A stretch of DNA of 64,000 bases from Trichosphaerium sp. ATCC 40318 (lineage: Eukaryota; Protista; Tubulinea), in the NCBI GenBank assembly GCA_038496445.1, contig JALMLS010000328.1, positions 1-64,000 on the forward strand, given 5' to 3'. The notes beneath the pieces were generated by a model. That model did no database searches, was not told the origin of the DNA, and saw only the letters and a program-made list of their open reading frames with translations. Made by a program: the position numbers and the translations under genes. Each line of letters opens with the position of its first letter. Position 1 is the first letter of the stretch. Below, piece by piece: positions 11,811 through 25,541 of this stretch.

Positions 11811-13547
11811 ATGCCGGTTGACTTGGTACTGGTTAGACATGGACAATCTGAAGGAAGCCTTGCACGGCGTAGGTCGCGCCAAGGAGACCACAGCGATTGG
11901 ACACCGGCGTTTTCGGAGCGACAAACGTCCAATTACAGATTAACGGAAATTGGCAAACAACAATCTAAGCTTGCTGGCGAATGGGTACGTATTTTGCTTG
12001 TTCTATAGCCCAAACGCATTGCAGAAGGTGCTACCCAGTGATTTTGCCTATTCTATAGCGCATAGAATAAGCTCAAGCCATGAAATTGTTGATACAATAT
12101 TATTTAAGACTTGGCGACTTTTTTTAGTGCGCCGTAAAATGCTAGAATAGCACCACAAGAGTTGTTGTTCGCATTTTGTTTGACACATACTAGATTAAAG
12201 ATAACATTGCGTCCAGATTCGATCATTACTACTGCTCTGAATATGCTAGAGCGTGCGAAACTGCAGCTTTATTGGGTATGGAGGGCGCTCTTTGGGTCAC
12301 AGGTACTAACTCTTGTTGTGAAATTACCAAAAAAATAGTTTGTGCTAATCATTCCGGTTAAGATTTTCTACTGCGTGAGCGAGATACTGGCGTGTTAAAT
12401 GGTATATCACCAGTTGACCAGCAGAAATTATATGGAAAGGAGGTACAGTACCGCCACAGCGATAAATTTTACTGGAGCGCCCCTGGTACGTCATTTGACT
12501 TATTGCGTGTCAAAATGTCAAAATTTCTCTTTTTCTGAATATAAAATGTCACCGGATTTTTGGGCTTTTCTAATTAACTCAAAGACTTGCTGTTTCATTT
12601 TCTATTTGATTTTGTTCGCGTGGATGAAATAGCGCCGACTGTAGCATACTTTAGCAGAGTAGCTGCAATTGACAAGCTCAATTTTTTTTATTTTGTTTTG
12701 GTACTTTACACTCGTATTGTTTGTACCATTAATTGCATTTTTTAAATTGATAAAAACTGGTACAACACGATCAAAATATGATTTGATCGCGATCAAGATG
12801 ATCAACATGATCCTTTTGATGATCAATTTGTACTGAACTTATTATGTACTACTTTTCAATTATCTGAAAATATACTTTGCCATAAAAGGATATTCCTGCG
12901 ACTGTCTTACACTTAAACTAGGTGGTGAATCTATTGCGACTAGTTGCATTCGTGTCGCCCAGTTTCTAAGGAAATTAGCTGAGATGTGTTCTGGTTTTAA
13001 AGTTCTTCTCGTTTGTCATAGAAATATAATGCTGGCGTTCCGTATTTTATTAGAAGGGTACAAACAGTTGGGTTTTTTTTTTGCATTTATGTTCTAACTA
13101 TTTCAGGGTAACTTCAGAGCGGTACCTAGAGATTTCAGAAAATCATCGACACAAGTTAAAGCATGGACAGGTTCTTCATTTTTCTAGGAGAAATCCAAAT
13201 ACAGGCGAAGTTGGGCCTTATTTAAATTGGTTGAAGTCAACTTGTACGACATTTCAGTTTAGAATTGAAACTACCTTTGTTTCTTTTTGTTCTTAATTTT
13301 GTTCTATGACTTCGTTTAATTGTTGCTAGGTGCACACTCACCGGACTCTTCTTCTGGTTGGGTTCATTTACAGCAAACAGTTTTCACAAATGATGAACTA
13401 TCAAGCTCAGTCATTTGCATTCCACGACTTGTAGATAACACACAAACGGAATTAAGTGAATGGCATGATAAGTATGGATACAAACATTTGATAAATGACA
13501 ATGGCAGTGAAGTGAAAGTTGACGAGAATGTGGAAGCAGAAGCATAA
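11811..13547 (+). CDS. Histidine phosphatase / phosphoglycerate mutase family protein; multi-exon
   Basis: MPVDLVLVRHGQSEG (RHG motif), LTEIGKQQS, SEYARACETA, LRERDTG, GGES, VLLVCH. Confidence 0.9.
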
Positions 13548-14046
13548 AACTCCAAAAAATTTCTTCCCAAAATAAAAAAAAAGTTGCTACAACGATTTTG
13601 GGAAGCTATCATTACGCATGCGTTAAGTTGCAGTGTTCTCAATAATGGTTTGAGTTGGTCTATAATCTACACGTATACACTGTCAATATTTGAAAAATAG
13701 ATGGAATTCAAGTGATAACTGTTTCGTAATTAACGGATTTGAGAAAACTGCGGTTAACACAAAAAAAAACCGTTGCAGTACTCTAAATTGTTTGCACGCA
13801 GCTGAAGGAGTTTTCCAAAACAGACAGTACGTCTGTTCAAATCCAGATTAATGCTCATTGAAGTTTCGGAAGAATATAAGAATAGCGTACTGGAATTCTA
13901 ATGTACACTTCGTATAAGAGCTTCAGGAAGGCACACCCCATCTTTAGAGTAAATAAGTAGCGGGGAAGAATAAAACTCCACCGGAGTAATTTAGGAAAAC
14001 AGTCAACCTTAGTCGGAAATTACGTGTGAAGTGAAATCACTTACAA

Positions 14047-15814
14047 ATGTTACAAGTCTTTAATACATCTTCTTTTAACTTTGGTACACTATACTCCGCT
14101 GCGTTGGGTTACGGCGATAACGTCTATTCTTATTTATCCCACAACAAGCCAAAAGACACTGGGTGGTTTCGTAAAGGTATGTCACGCGGTTAGAGATACA
14201 TTAAAGTAATAGTTGTACAGGCTGGGGTTTGTACAGCGAAGATGGTTCCGAATTGGACGTAAATCTACGGTTTGAGAAGCATATATACGATATTAGAGTG
14301 AACTGGGAAACTGAATGGAAACAAGAATCTGGCTACGTAACGCGTCAAGCCAAGTTCATTACACCCGCGACACGTATAGCTGAACACCTCCCTAAAGAAG
14401 TTAAAACAGGCAAGTTTAAAACAATTTTAGGTTATTTGTTTTAAAACTAGGCCAATAACGCTTTCTCACACTATTAATACCACAAGTGAACCTGTTAACG
14501 CTGAGAATAGGTTATTTCATGATGGTTAAGCCATCGGAAGACGACCATGATTGCCCTATGGTCGTATTCTTTGCTGCCACAGGAGACGAGGGATATTTTT
14601 ACCGCAAAACAATAGCTGTTTTGCTCGCTGAGCGTGGTATTGGCACATTAATACATATTAACCCTTATTATGGTACGCATTCGCCGCTGATTAACTGTTG
14701 ACGCAGCGTGGGTAACCGTTCACAGCTAGCAAAACTTTTTTTGTAGAAACCAAACAAAAACTATTTTGGGTTCGCTAAAATGGTTCCTTGTGCGCAATAA
14801 TACAACGTTGCAATAGAGATTCAAACCAAACGCTTTTTTTTTATGGTTTTTAGTGTACGGCGTACAAACTTTTTTATTTAGGCAAGCGAAAGCCTCCTGA
14901 GCAACGTGGTGTACGGCCCATGACTTTCTCAGATGGATTACTTATGGGGTCAACAACAATCAATGAAGGAAGGAGTTTACTAAAATGGATACGAGCAGAC
15001 TTTGGACATAGAGGACCATTAGGTGTTACTGGTAGGTTTTTATTTTAGCTATTGTTTGACGCCGTTTTAAAATAGTTGGTTGTCGCTTAGTTTTTTTATT
15101 TCGTTGTTTGCGTTTTGGGATGTTTATTTTTTTTTAGGGTTCAGTATGGGTGGAAATACAGCTTTAATCGTTGGTTTACTAGCCCCGTTCCCTGTGGCTG
15201 TTGTGCCATTTATACCAGCTCATTCAGGCACCGCTGTATTTGATGGTACGCTTGGAATCTACTCTTCTTGTTTAGTTACCTTTTAGTTATTATTTCTTGG
15301 ATATTTTTTTCACTTCTGCGTTTATCTTCTAACCTGTATCAAGGGTTTTTACAAAAGCTTATCGAGTGGGAAGCTCTATTAGAGGAGAAAGATTTCAAGA
15401 CACGCAAGGAGGCTCAGGTGCATATCAGGCAAATTCTTGAATTCTCCGATTGTGCAAAGTATTTAAAATGGCAAAAGCATCCAATTGCTTGTGTTTCAGT
15501 GTCTGCACAACATGACAAGTTTTTATCTGCATCAAGTGACCCAATACAACAAGTAGTAAAGCAATGTTCAAATGTTTATAGTGACCATCGCGTTATATGG
15601 TACGTACAAAGATCAGAAACTTGAATATAGTTTCACTTTGTTTTTTGTTGTTTCAATTTTGAACTCATTTTTGTTTTACAGGGGTGGTCATGTATCTACT
15701 TTTATACTTCACCGAGTAACACTATGTAATAATGTTGAAGAAGCTTTTTCACACTTGACCACTTACATACCAAAGCATCAAATGCAGTTAGTCAATGATG
15801 ACGATTGGATTTGA
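14047..15814 (+). CDS. ABHD18-like (DUF2048) alpha/beta hydrolase; multi-exon
   Basis: AATGDEGYFYR, NPYYGKRKP, EGRSLLKW, GVTGFSMGG (nucleophile elbow), GGHVSTF. Confidence 0.88.
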
Positions 15815-16070
15815 TTTCTCCTCTTTTAATTCAAAGAGCAATTTTTCTCAACCACACTAGTTCTTTTAATGTACACTACAAACAAAAAAAAATAAAATAT
15901 TCTATAAAGTTCCAACTCTTAACAAACGTGTACACTATTTTTTTTTTGAAAGCTTGAGTGAGTAAATCAAAAGGTATTTTTCACTTTTTCACCAAGTACT
16001 ACTGAGCTCATTGTGGACCTTTACCTTTCAAAAGCTATTTTTATTCCGCTAAAATACTGAATGTGAACAA

Positions 16071-19050
16071 TCAAGTACATGACTGTAGCTTGTATTTGAT
16101 CGTAGCACGTTCTCGCAACTCCCATTTCCACAAAGGGTCCGCTGGTTTTGTCAAGTTTTCATGTTTGCTTTCTATGTCACAAGATGTGGCGAGCATGTGC
16201 AATGCCTTGTATAATATTTCACAATCCTGTAAACAAGAGGACGCCCAAACCTCACACTGTAACGTGGCCTTAGTCGATAATAAAATTTATTTGTTGTGTT
16301 GCTACAATGTAGTCCCATTGAAGATCTTTTTAAACTTTTTTTTACGATTCTTCTTTTCGATCTCTTATTTTTTAAGTGCACTCACTTGGAGGAACTGACT
16401 CTGTAGTAGCTTGGCTTAGCAATGTCTTTGGTTGTGAACCATAATAACAGCAGTTATGACCGTGCACAGTATGCCAAATGCGCGTGTTTGGACGTCATGT
16501 GATACATTCATGACGCATGTTCATCTGAAGCGCCTTCTTTGATATACTAAGTCTCTGGAATCATTTTTGGAATCTTATGTACGTAGGTGACATAACTTTA
16601 GTTTGTTCTTTACCTGCAATAAACAATTAGCAATTGAGGTCAATGTGGTTCTCAATTTTTTTGTTGAAAGGTTTTAATAACACGTACGGTCCATATCACC
16701 AAACTCGTCAACAGGAACACTTGAAACATCGCCTAGAAGCTTCATAAAGTACATGCTAAGTTGAGGGGCATATTTGAGTATCATTGTTACAAGACTGGCA
16801 TCACTTCCATCCCACCAGTAAGGAACCGAAATCAAAGTTATACCTTGTTGAGATTTTAGTACAAAAAATGCTTCTACTTGATCTACTTACCAAAGGCATG
16901 ACATTGTTCTGCCTTTTCTGCGTCTCTTGATAAGTATAAACCAGATGGTAACGCATGAGGGATGGCGTCACGATAATGTTGCTCACCTATACAAAAAACA
17001 ATGAGACAAGCACGAGCAAATGTTAACTTGTGTACCTTGGTATTCAAACCCAAGGTTATGCTCTGAAACGAAAACATCAATCGTTAATTGAGATCCTGAT
17101 ATATCTCTTATTCCTAGAATGTGTTCATCTTCTACAATACATGAAGGGAATAATCTACTAACTGAACGATGAAGAACACTAATGTAGCACTTTAGTAAAA
17201 AAACCCTTTTTGACATTCATTCATTTAAGTTTACCTTTGGTGTGCTCGTGGGCATATATGAAATGCCTTCCATTTCCATTTAACTCCAGGATGTATATCT
17301 TTTAATATTTTCGGAAAGTGGTTGATAAGAAAGTGTCTACCAACAATACCATATGATAAAATTTGACTTTTTGAAATATGATACCTTACACAAATGAGTT
17401 TAGTTGAAAAGGATGTTGTTTTTGCCATCATCGTACCACATTTCTGGGTCATTTATACCCATCCCAGATTCTACATGCTTAACGAATTTAGATGCTGCTT
17501 TTGTATCAAATGAACAATTGGTCTCAACCCAATTTTCAAGCCGTGATAGCTCCCTGTAAGCAAAACCAAATTAATTTTTTATGTTGTCGTTGTTACTAAG
17601 ATCTTAGACTTCAAACAAAGGCACATACTTTTTGACAGGCCAAGTGGTATTAGGATACAAAGCTCGAAACATATCAAGGGCTGACGAACCATACCTAGTA
17701 ATGTTATAAGTACTCTTGCAACTATCTGAAAATGTATTTTACCTAATGCTTATTAGTCCTATTCTAGCATCTTGCAACTGTTTTCGGGAGATTGTAAGCC
17801 AATCTGATGCGACGTGTATACACCACTCAGACCCAACTCGTTCTAAATGTGCACGTTGATTATCAACACTATCAAAGTAGCCGAGAGGTAGGTGTCTACC
17901 AACAATTAATCACGGGAACAAAGGATTATAACACGAGTATTTGTTTTCAAAACAAAGATGTGTCTCACGTACACAAACTTCCATGGTTCCCATTCGTAAT
18001 CTGGGAAAATAGACTGCACTGCCTTGGCTATTGAACCATTGTAGCTAAAGATAGGAGTGAGCCAGTATTAGTTATTTTTTGAAGATATAAAGTTGCTGAA
18101 GGTTACGTTGACATGTGCCAACTGTTGCTGGCTCCTTGATCTTCTATATCCCGCCATTGTACCCAATACCAATCATCCATTATCTTAACATTTAATTCAC
18201 GACTTAAAGATATGAGTAAGTTCTGCTGAACACGAATTGAACTTTGTCTAAATTTATCCCTATTTTCAAAAAAGAATGTTAACATTCACGTCATCTCTAC
18301 AGTACACGTGCTTATGCGTTGTCCACTTGAAATGTGGGTATAGAGTCATTAAGGCATTTTGTATCGAATAAGCGTATCTAATGACAGAAAACATAAGAAG
18401 CAAGCCGAAGAGATGTAAAGTTAAAGACACAAAAAAAAAAGACTAACTTGTAATGTAAGAAAGTGCATCCTTCAACGTCAATATCAGTTAAGCTCACGCC
18501 ATGCCAGCCATCTAGTGATTTTATATCAAGTTCTTCAGCTATAGAATCCATCCGTAAACGTTGATTATCAAGACTATCATAGAATCCTTTGGGCACTTTT
18601 CTTTCAACAAAAACTGTCAGATAAAAAAAAACCGTTACACTTTTCTGGCTCACTTGAACTCCCAAGGTTTCCAACTATATTTTGGGTATACGTTCAATAA
18701 TGATCTGATTAGTGAATCACCGTAGCTACAGCGTATATTAAGAATGTTACGCAACCCTACTTTGAATAAAGCACTTATTTTACCTGGCCTGTACTTCACG
18801 CGCTTGTGGGACTTGTAACTGAGAGCCACGTATTGTGTACCAACCATCTAAGGTTTTTAAGCGAAGAATACGAGCAGTATCGTCTAAAAGGCTTCGATGA
18901 TGGCGTTGGATGTCATTGGTTGCCGTTGTTGAAACTATTTTCGACCAGTAAGTTAACACGCCCTAAGAAAGGGTGTCGATGACGTACTTCGCGTAGTGTA
19001 TTGTTTTTCTAGTCTTGGAGCCAGTTTTGCTAAAAAATGCGGTGTCATTG
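16071..19050 (-). CDS. Tandem ~65-70-aa Trp-containing repeat protein with C-terminal PD-(D/E)XK-like (Vsr/DUF559/RAP-like) nuclease domain; both ends approximate
   Basis: Repeats such as GFYDSLDNQRLRMDSIAEELDIKSLDGWHGV, YGDSLIRSLLNVYPKYSWKPWEF and YNGSIAKAVQSIFPDYEWEPWKF. C-terminal LTIDVFVSEHNLGFEYQGEQHY...RDAEKAEQCHAFGITLISVPYWWD. Confidence 0.8.
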
Positions 19051-19259
19051 TGAACAGGTACTTATAAGGTATTGAATAAATAACACTCGCTGCTGTGGTG
19101 CCACAGGCATTGCGTAGGCTTTTTTTCCTTGACTTGGTAAGAATTTCACGTACGTTTAAATTGACACTCTGTATCGCGCAGATAGAGAGCGAATTGTGCA
19201 GCAAAGCAAACATAGCAAATAATTATATTTAACAGGGACCACCACGTTAGGCCGCGACT

Positions 19260-21069
19260 ATGCTCTCCCGTGGGCTACTTAGGCCACGCACACGAGTGCG
19301 AGTTCACCAGACGTACATAAGCACTGAAGTTGCTGTCACCTCACTAATTATCTCGAAAGTAGGCGCAAACGCCCAATAAGGAGTAATCAAAGCAAACAGA
19401 GGCTTTTCACAACTAGTACAATTCGTAGATATACAATTGCTTCCATGGTTGATATTATGACATGCAGAGATAGCTACAGCGAAAAACAAAGTTTTGAACG
19501 TCCTGTAGACATATTCGCTGACGGAAAACGAAAGTACCATGTTAAAATTTGTACGTTACAGTTCTGTTCGTTAAATTCTCCACCTTTTTTTTTCCGCACG
19601 TGTTGAAAATGCTCATTTTGTAAGCGAAATGAAACGTAAGCTCATTCTGTGGGTTGAAAAAAAAAAAGTTGGATTTGAACTTCAAATTTTTTTTCATTGT
19701 TAATTTCCGTACCAACTAAAAATATACTCAAAGCTTCACCTGTCGAAATGAAAGAAAACCCAACACTGGTCATTGATGCTATATCGAAATCACACAGCAT
19801 ATACCATGAGTGTCTGTTTACATTCAAAACAACAAAAAGCAATTTTGTTGATATTGACATAACCCTTGAAGGCCAGAATATATCTCCAAACAACAAAGGT
19901 AATTCTCGAATAACCTGTGAAATGGACTCTTCATTTTTTTTTTTCATTTTCAATTGCACGTTATTTCAAGAAGAAGAAAAAGCCAAAAAGCATGGACCTC
20001 AGTCTATTTTTCAAAGAAAAAAACCATGTGTCAGTTTTTTGTATTTGCTAACTACGATTTTAGAAAAGTTTTATACTGAAGCAATGCGTATGTTAATGTA
20101 CTTGTTTTACATCACAATACAACCAACCAATGCGACGCGCAATATTACAAAACTATCAAGGATTATCTTTAAGTTCATAGAGCAGTCAAAAGTACCTCTT
20201 AATGTAAAAGAAAGGCTTACATATGATGGAGAATATGCTACACTATACTTTATGAACCTTGGTGGTGATATCAAAAGGATTTTTATTGGACTAAACGATG
20301 TATTGGCTAATCTATCAGACCTGAAATGGGCGGAGCACATTCCCTATATTCGTGAAAATAAGTAAGGAATTCAAACTCTTTTCTCTTTCATCTGGAGGCT
20401 TTCTTTACCAAAGTTTGTGGTGTAAGATAACCGTTATACTAGGGGTTCAGTTACAGAAAAAGACTTTTTACTCGCATGTGATCTTTCAGAGGTGCGTTAG
20501 AAACAAGGATTTTTTTTTTTTTCCCAAAAGAACTCATAAGTACGTACATCGTAAGGTAACTGATCATTGTATCCTATTAGATTGAACCTTACAAACACAG
20601 AGGGTTTTTCTACAGTTCAACAGCGAGTATGATAATGATTCTTACCAGCAGTCTTTTTGTCCGAGGAGGTGCGACTGCAATATGGGTTAAGACTATTTTT
20701 TAATGTGTTTTGTTTTGTGAAAAGCAATTTTTTTTTTTTTTTTCTTGACAAATTTCGTTATCTTATACAACCATAGTCCCATTGAACAAAATTCCCTATA
20801 TCAAAAGTATGGATGCCCATGATTACCATACACGTTACGCTAAATTTCGCAGGGAAGTTGATGTATTTTCGTATCAATATTTTTCGCTTCAGGGTAATAT
20901 GATGTGGATGCGGTTCTTGTCTAGTTTCAAACTTATAAGATCGCTTCCTTCCAGGTATCGGAAATCAATGAGGTTACCAGCAAATTCAAGAGATTTTATA
21001 CGAAAATCTGTAGAAAAGCTGCAACATGAGAACAAGCAAAAGATAGAATTAAAAAAAGGAAAAGAATAA
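19260..21069 (+). CDS. Hypothetical protein with predicted mitochondrial presequence; multi-exon
   Basis: Spliced N-terminus MLSRGLLRPRTRVRVHQTRKRPIRSNQSKQRLFTTSTIRRY is Arg-rich and acid-free. Further exons lie in ORFs 19697..20365 and 20782..21069. Confidence 0.6.
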
Positions 21070-21518
21070 AAAATTATTGAAATTGCAGAAAAAAGTAACA
21101 AAGTTTTGTAAACACCCTCCCCTTTTGCCTCCAAGAACTTCAATAAATTCCGATGTCAAGCAAGTTTAAAACCAGATTGTGACAAAGCATAGGAGATGGT
21201 AAACAGATTGTTGAACTCATCTTCTTCAGTACTGTATGTACGCCTCTACGACCACTATTCTGAGCTTTCACTTAATTTTCTTTCAACATCTCAATCTCGT
21301 AGATGTTTACTTGGACTATGTTTTACTTTAGTCAAGCTTTTTTCGCGTTATATAATCTCGTAGATGTAGTGCTTGTACCTCCAGTCAATAGAAGTAAAAT
21401 GTCGAGCAGGAAAAAAGACATACCCTTTTCAAAAAAGCCAAGAATCGCCACACAAAAAAAATCAATCAACCATTTAAACTGAACTGCAGGTACTGCAAAC
21501 CCAGCGACACACTCTCCA

Positions 21519-23710
21519 ATGCGTAAACATGCTCGTTTGCACATGGTTTTTATCGTATTATACTGTAACGCTATGTACGTAGCAATGAGAGTCCCTCCTG
21601 AAATTGAGCCTCTTTTTCTAACAAAAAGTAAAAGGCTTTGTTTCATCCCAACAACCATCGATGTTATAGGCGTTAAATCAAACAATATCACCATCACGTT
21701 GCCCTCCACGTACTCTTACCATGGCAGGGTAGTAAAAAATGAAATCGAACAGTTTGAGGCTCCTTTAGTAGGCACGTGGGTTTAATGTGATATGTCCGCA
21801 GGTTTCGGACTTTTGAACATTATTTCGATGTGTCGGCATCCAAAACGATCTTTTTTAATCTATAAAAAGAAATGCCACGTGTGTTGACATCATCCAGAGG
21901 TTACATGTTCCAAGTGTGGGTATATAGATCGACAAGGGATAAACGGTACGTAGAATTGAATGTGATTTTTTCTTAGCTTACTCTCTTTTTTGGTAAGGGA
22001 GCATTGTACTCATGGATGGTACCCCAAGTAGTTGCAGGAGGGATTGTCACGTGTATTTGTTATACGTGAGCGTTGATTTCGAAAGAGAAGGAGCACTTGG
22101 CGCCATTTTCGTTCGCGGTACGTATGCTTGATTCGTTTTGGACTAACCAATACAAGATGATTTTTCAACAATTCCTGTGAGAAATCGGATGGGTAGTTCA
22201 ATTTTTGTTACTTATGTAGACAATAATACATACGCTGAACTACGTAATACATCATCTGTGTCTTTTTTGAAACCAGACAGGAATTGTACGCTCAAACTTT
22301 TTGTCATCAACAAAATTAGTACTTTTTACTTATAACAGAAAGTTATTAGAGGATACGAAGCCTATGTCGAATGTCAACTTGCGTTTGTCATATTCTACTC
22401 TGTATCATATTTCTTGCTTTCTGTGCTATCGTTTATAGCCACAATCAAGCATATTTGGAAGCACACTTTACATCAAACTAAAAGGTCTCAAGGAGGTGAC
22501 ATCAGGATACTAACAGCAGCTCTCGCTGGCATATTTCTATTCTCTTTTCGTACGCTCCTAATCACGTGACCAAACTAAATTGATGTTGTTATATACAGTG
22601 CGATTTTTGAAGGTAGCCATTGATTATCAATCACATCAAAAGATACTCCGCAAAAACGCAACTAGGACTCTTAGCGTGACCACTGATGCGATGCTAGCCT
22701 CATCGTTTGTATTATTAGTAACCTATTGGTACAAAAATTTATTTAATTGTAGTTCTAATAACAAACACTTTTACAGGGGCCAACTAGCATCATTCACATC
22801 GAAGTTTTGGAATCCTAGACGTGTGTTATATACTTCTATCACGTGTTTATGTATTTATTATTTCCTCTTCATTATTGTAAATGTGTTTCGCGAGTACTAC
22901 AGAATCTAAGAAATCTCAATTCCAATACTGACATGTTTATTACAGACAACTTGGAGATTTTAACGGTGATATATCGTATGGACTTTTACTAAATAGTATT
23001 GTAACTCTATTAATTATCGTTATGTACATTGTACGCCGTTGAGAATTTCTTTCAATATTTTGCACACACGAACCCAAGCAAACTCATGTGTTTACAAGTG
23101 AGATTCTCACCATTTATAGGGTCTTGGCATTAAACTACTGATTGAGATAAATAGCTTACGCTCACGGCAAGCAAAAGGAGTAGGATTAAAGCCTTCAGAG
23201 CTTCTTATACGAGTAAGATAATTCGCAAACTTGGGGCTAACAGTTGGATATTAAAAGATGTCACTTTTTATTACATTAGAAGCATTTTTTGGACTTATTT
23301 ACCTTGTAACTGTTGGCTACACCGCAATTTCTGATTTTGGACGTGTAAATTCGTTTCCAATAAGATTCTGGGTATGGAATACAATAGAAATACCGCTCAT
23401 ACTCTGTGTCACGATGTTCGTTGGGTACGTATTGTTCAGTTCAATCACGAAAATTGAGAAGATTTTGTATTTTGTTGGTTGCGGGATATCACGTGCTCAT
23501 GAGATTTGTAGTTTTCCAGATTACGTATGGTACTTCAGAAAGGGATATTCGCAATCAACTGTATCGAATGATGGCGGAGAAACTGACACAAGCTCAGCAA
23601 ACAAAAGTGAACATAACGTCGAAAATATAAAAACCAGCGCACGTTTTGAAGGGACTCTAAAGGATGTTACTGTTGATATGAAAAGTGTAGATAATGTAAT
23701 AGTAACATGA
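21519..23710 (+). CDS. Multipass (about 7TM) receptor-like membrane protein with extracellular N-terminal, possibly PA-like, domain; multi-exon
   Basis: N-terminal hydrophobic segment, several TM exons (e.g. SSFVLLVTYW, IEIPLILCVTMFV), Ser/Thr-rich cytoplasmic tail. Same layout as the gene at 30108-32048. Confidence 0.6.
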
Positions 23711-23776
23711 ATGTCATGTATAAGTTTGTCTTGCTTAATTTGATCATTATATTTGTTAATCCCATAGTGAGGTACC

Positions 23777-25541
23777 ATGAGCAGTAGCAGTAGTACAGAG
23801 TCGAAGGATTCAGAGTTAAGTAGAAGCTCCTCTGAGTATTCAAGCACAGAAGACGAAGAAACAGATTTTCAATCAGCAGAACAATCATTTGTAGATGCTG
23901 GTGAAGAAGCGGCAATAGAAACGGCGCCAATTAGACGAAGAAAAATGAAAACAGGCAAAAAAGCTGAAAATACTACACAACCGTCTAAGAAAAAGAAAAA
24001 ATCACGTGACAACATGCCTGCAGAGACCATTGAGATGAAAGCCTTGTCGTCTGCTGAAAAGAAAGACGTTGAAGACCCAGACGATGATGAAGAGTCATCG
24101 TCTTTTGAAGGCTCAGAGGAGATGGCGAAAACATACGTCTTCGAGAAACATCAGTACGCGGACAATTATTTTTTCACCGTTTTTACCGAAAAAAGTTTAT
24201 TATTATTCCGCTTTTATGCCCGCTCTAAATTGGTCTTAAAGGAAAGGATTATGTGGTAAGATTGGTGAATATATTAAATCGATCGTTTTTGGTGGTCTTG
24301 ATGGTATTATAACAACGTTTGCTGTACGTTTTCATTTCTTACACTTAACATTCACACTTTTCTAACATTTTAATTTTTTTAGGTAGTCGCTAGTGTTTCA
24401 GGCGCTGGGTTGAGTGTAAATCTCGTACTGGTATTCGGGTAAACTCAAAAATCATAACTCTCCAAATAAATAAAACCAGGGTGATCTGTATTTATTAACA
24501 ACTACTCTAGATTCGCAAATCTCATCGCAGATGGACTTTCAATGGGTGTCGGTGATTTTCTGTCAGAACGTGCCGAAGTCAAACACGCCATACAAGAGCG
24601 CAAAAGAGAGTTATTGTACGTTTAACAACAGCCTCAGCCCTTACTTCATATCTTACAGTCTAAAACCGTACCTAACTAAATACAGTGAGACAAGAAATCT
24701 TGCTAAACATGAGAGAAAAGAAATGATAGACATTTATATGGATAAAGGCATGAAAGAAAAAGATGCTACATTGATTATAGATACTATGATGCAATACGAG
24801 GATATTTTTGTTGACAGTACGCTAAAATATAACTACCACATCAATACCTAAACATACTCCAGTTTTACAAAACCTACACGTGATTTTATTTTTTTTAGAC
24901 TTCTGAGTATACTAACGAATTTTAAAGCTATGATGGTCGAGGAGCTTGGTATCATGCCTCCTGGCGGTGAAAAACCAATAATAAACGGGATAGTAACTTT
25001 CTTTTCGTTCTTGACCTTTGGCGTTATTCCTTTGGTACTCAACTTGTTTTGATACACGTTTTTCTCATTTTTCTTGTTTAGCTTGTTTATATCGCTGCGT
25101 TGGGTATATCTGGTTCTAGACAGGCTGGCATTGATGGTGTATTTGCTATTGCATGCGCTTGCTCTTTTGCAACCTTATTTTTCCTTGGAGCTTTATCGGT
25201 ACTAGCCAGAGTTTGTTTTGAAACAAACTATTTTCTTGGTTTTTTGCTAGGAATAGATACTGACGTTTTTTTTTCTTTTCTGCATGTCTATTGACATTGT
25301 TTCCTAGTCTTTCTTTGGTTCAACTAGTTGGTGGGCTGCCGGATTATTTGTGTCATTAAATGGAGCGGCAGCAGCGGGAGCTGCCTACCTTATTGGGTAT
25401 CTCGAAAAACCCTCTATTTTATGTTTACTAACACTATACTTTTTTAGTTGGGGTCTTGAAGAGCTTGTTGGGGAGGACCCTCCAGAAGTGCTTGTACAAA
25501 ATTGTACAATGTTGATGGAGAATACCACATTGTCAATGTGA
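23777..25541 (+). CDS. VIT1/CCC1 family vacuolar iron/manganese transporter with long acidic/basic N-terminal extension; multi-exon
   Basis: YIKSIVFGGLDGIITTFAVVASVSGA, GFANLIADGLSMGVGDFLS, MMVEELG, TFFSFLTFGVIPL. Confidence 0.92.

Noticed and set aside
19304-19959. Minus-strand ORFs 19304..19540 and 19642..19959
   Set aside because: Antisense to the better-supported plus-strand gene starting at 19260.
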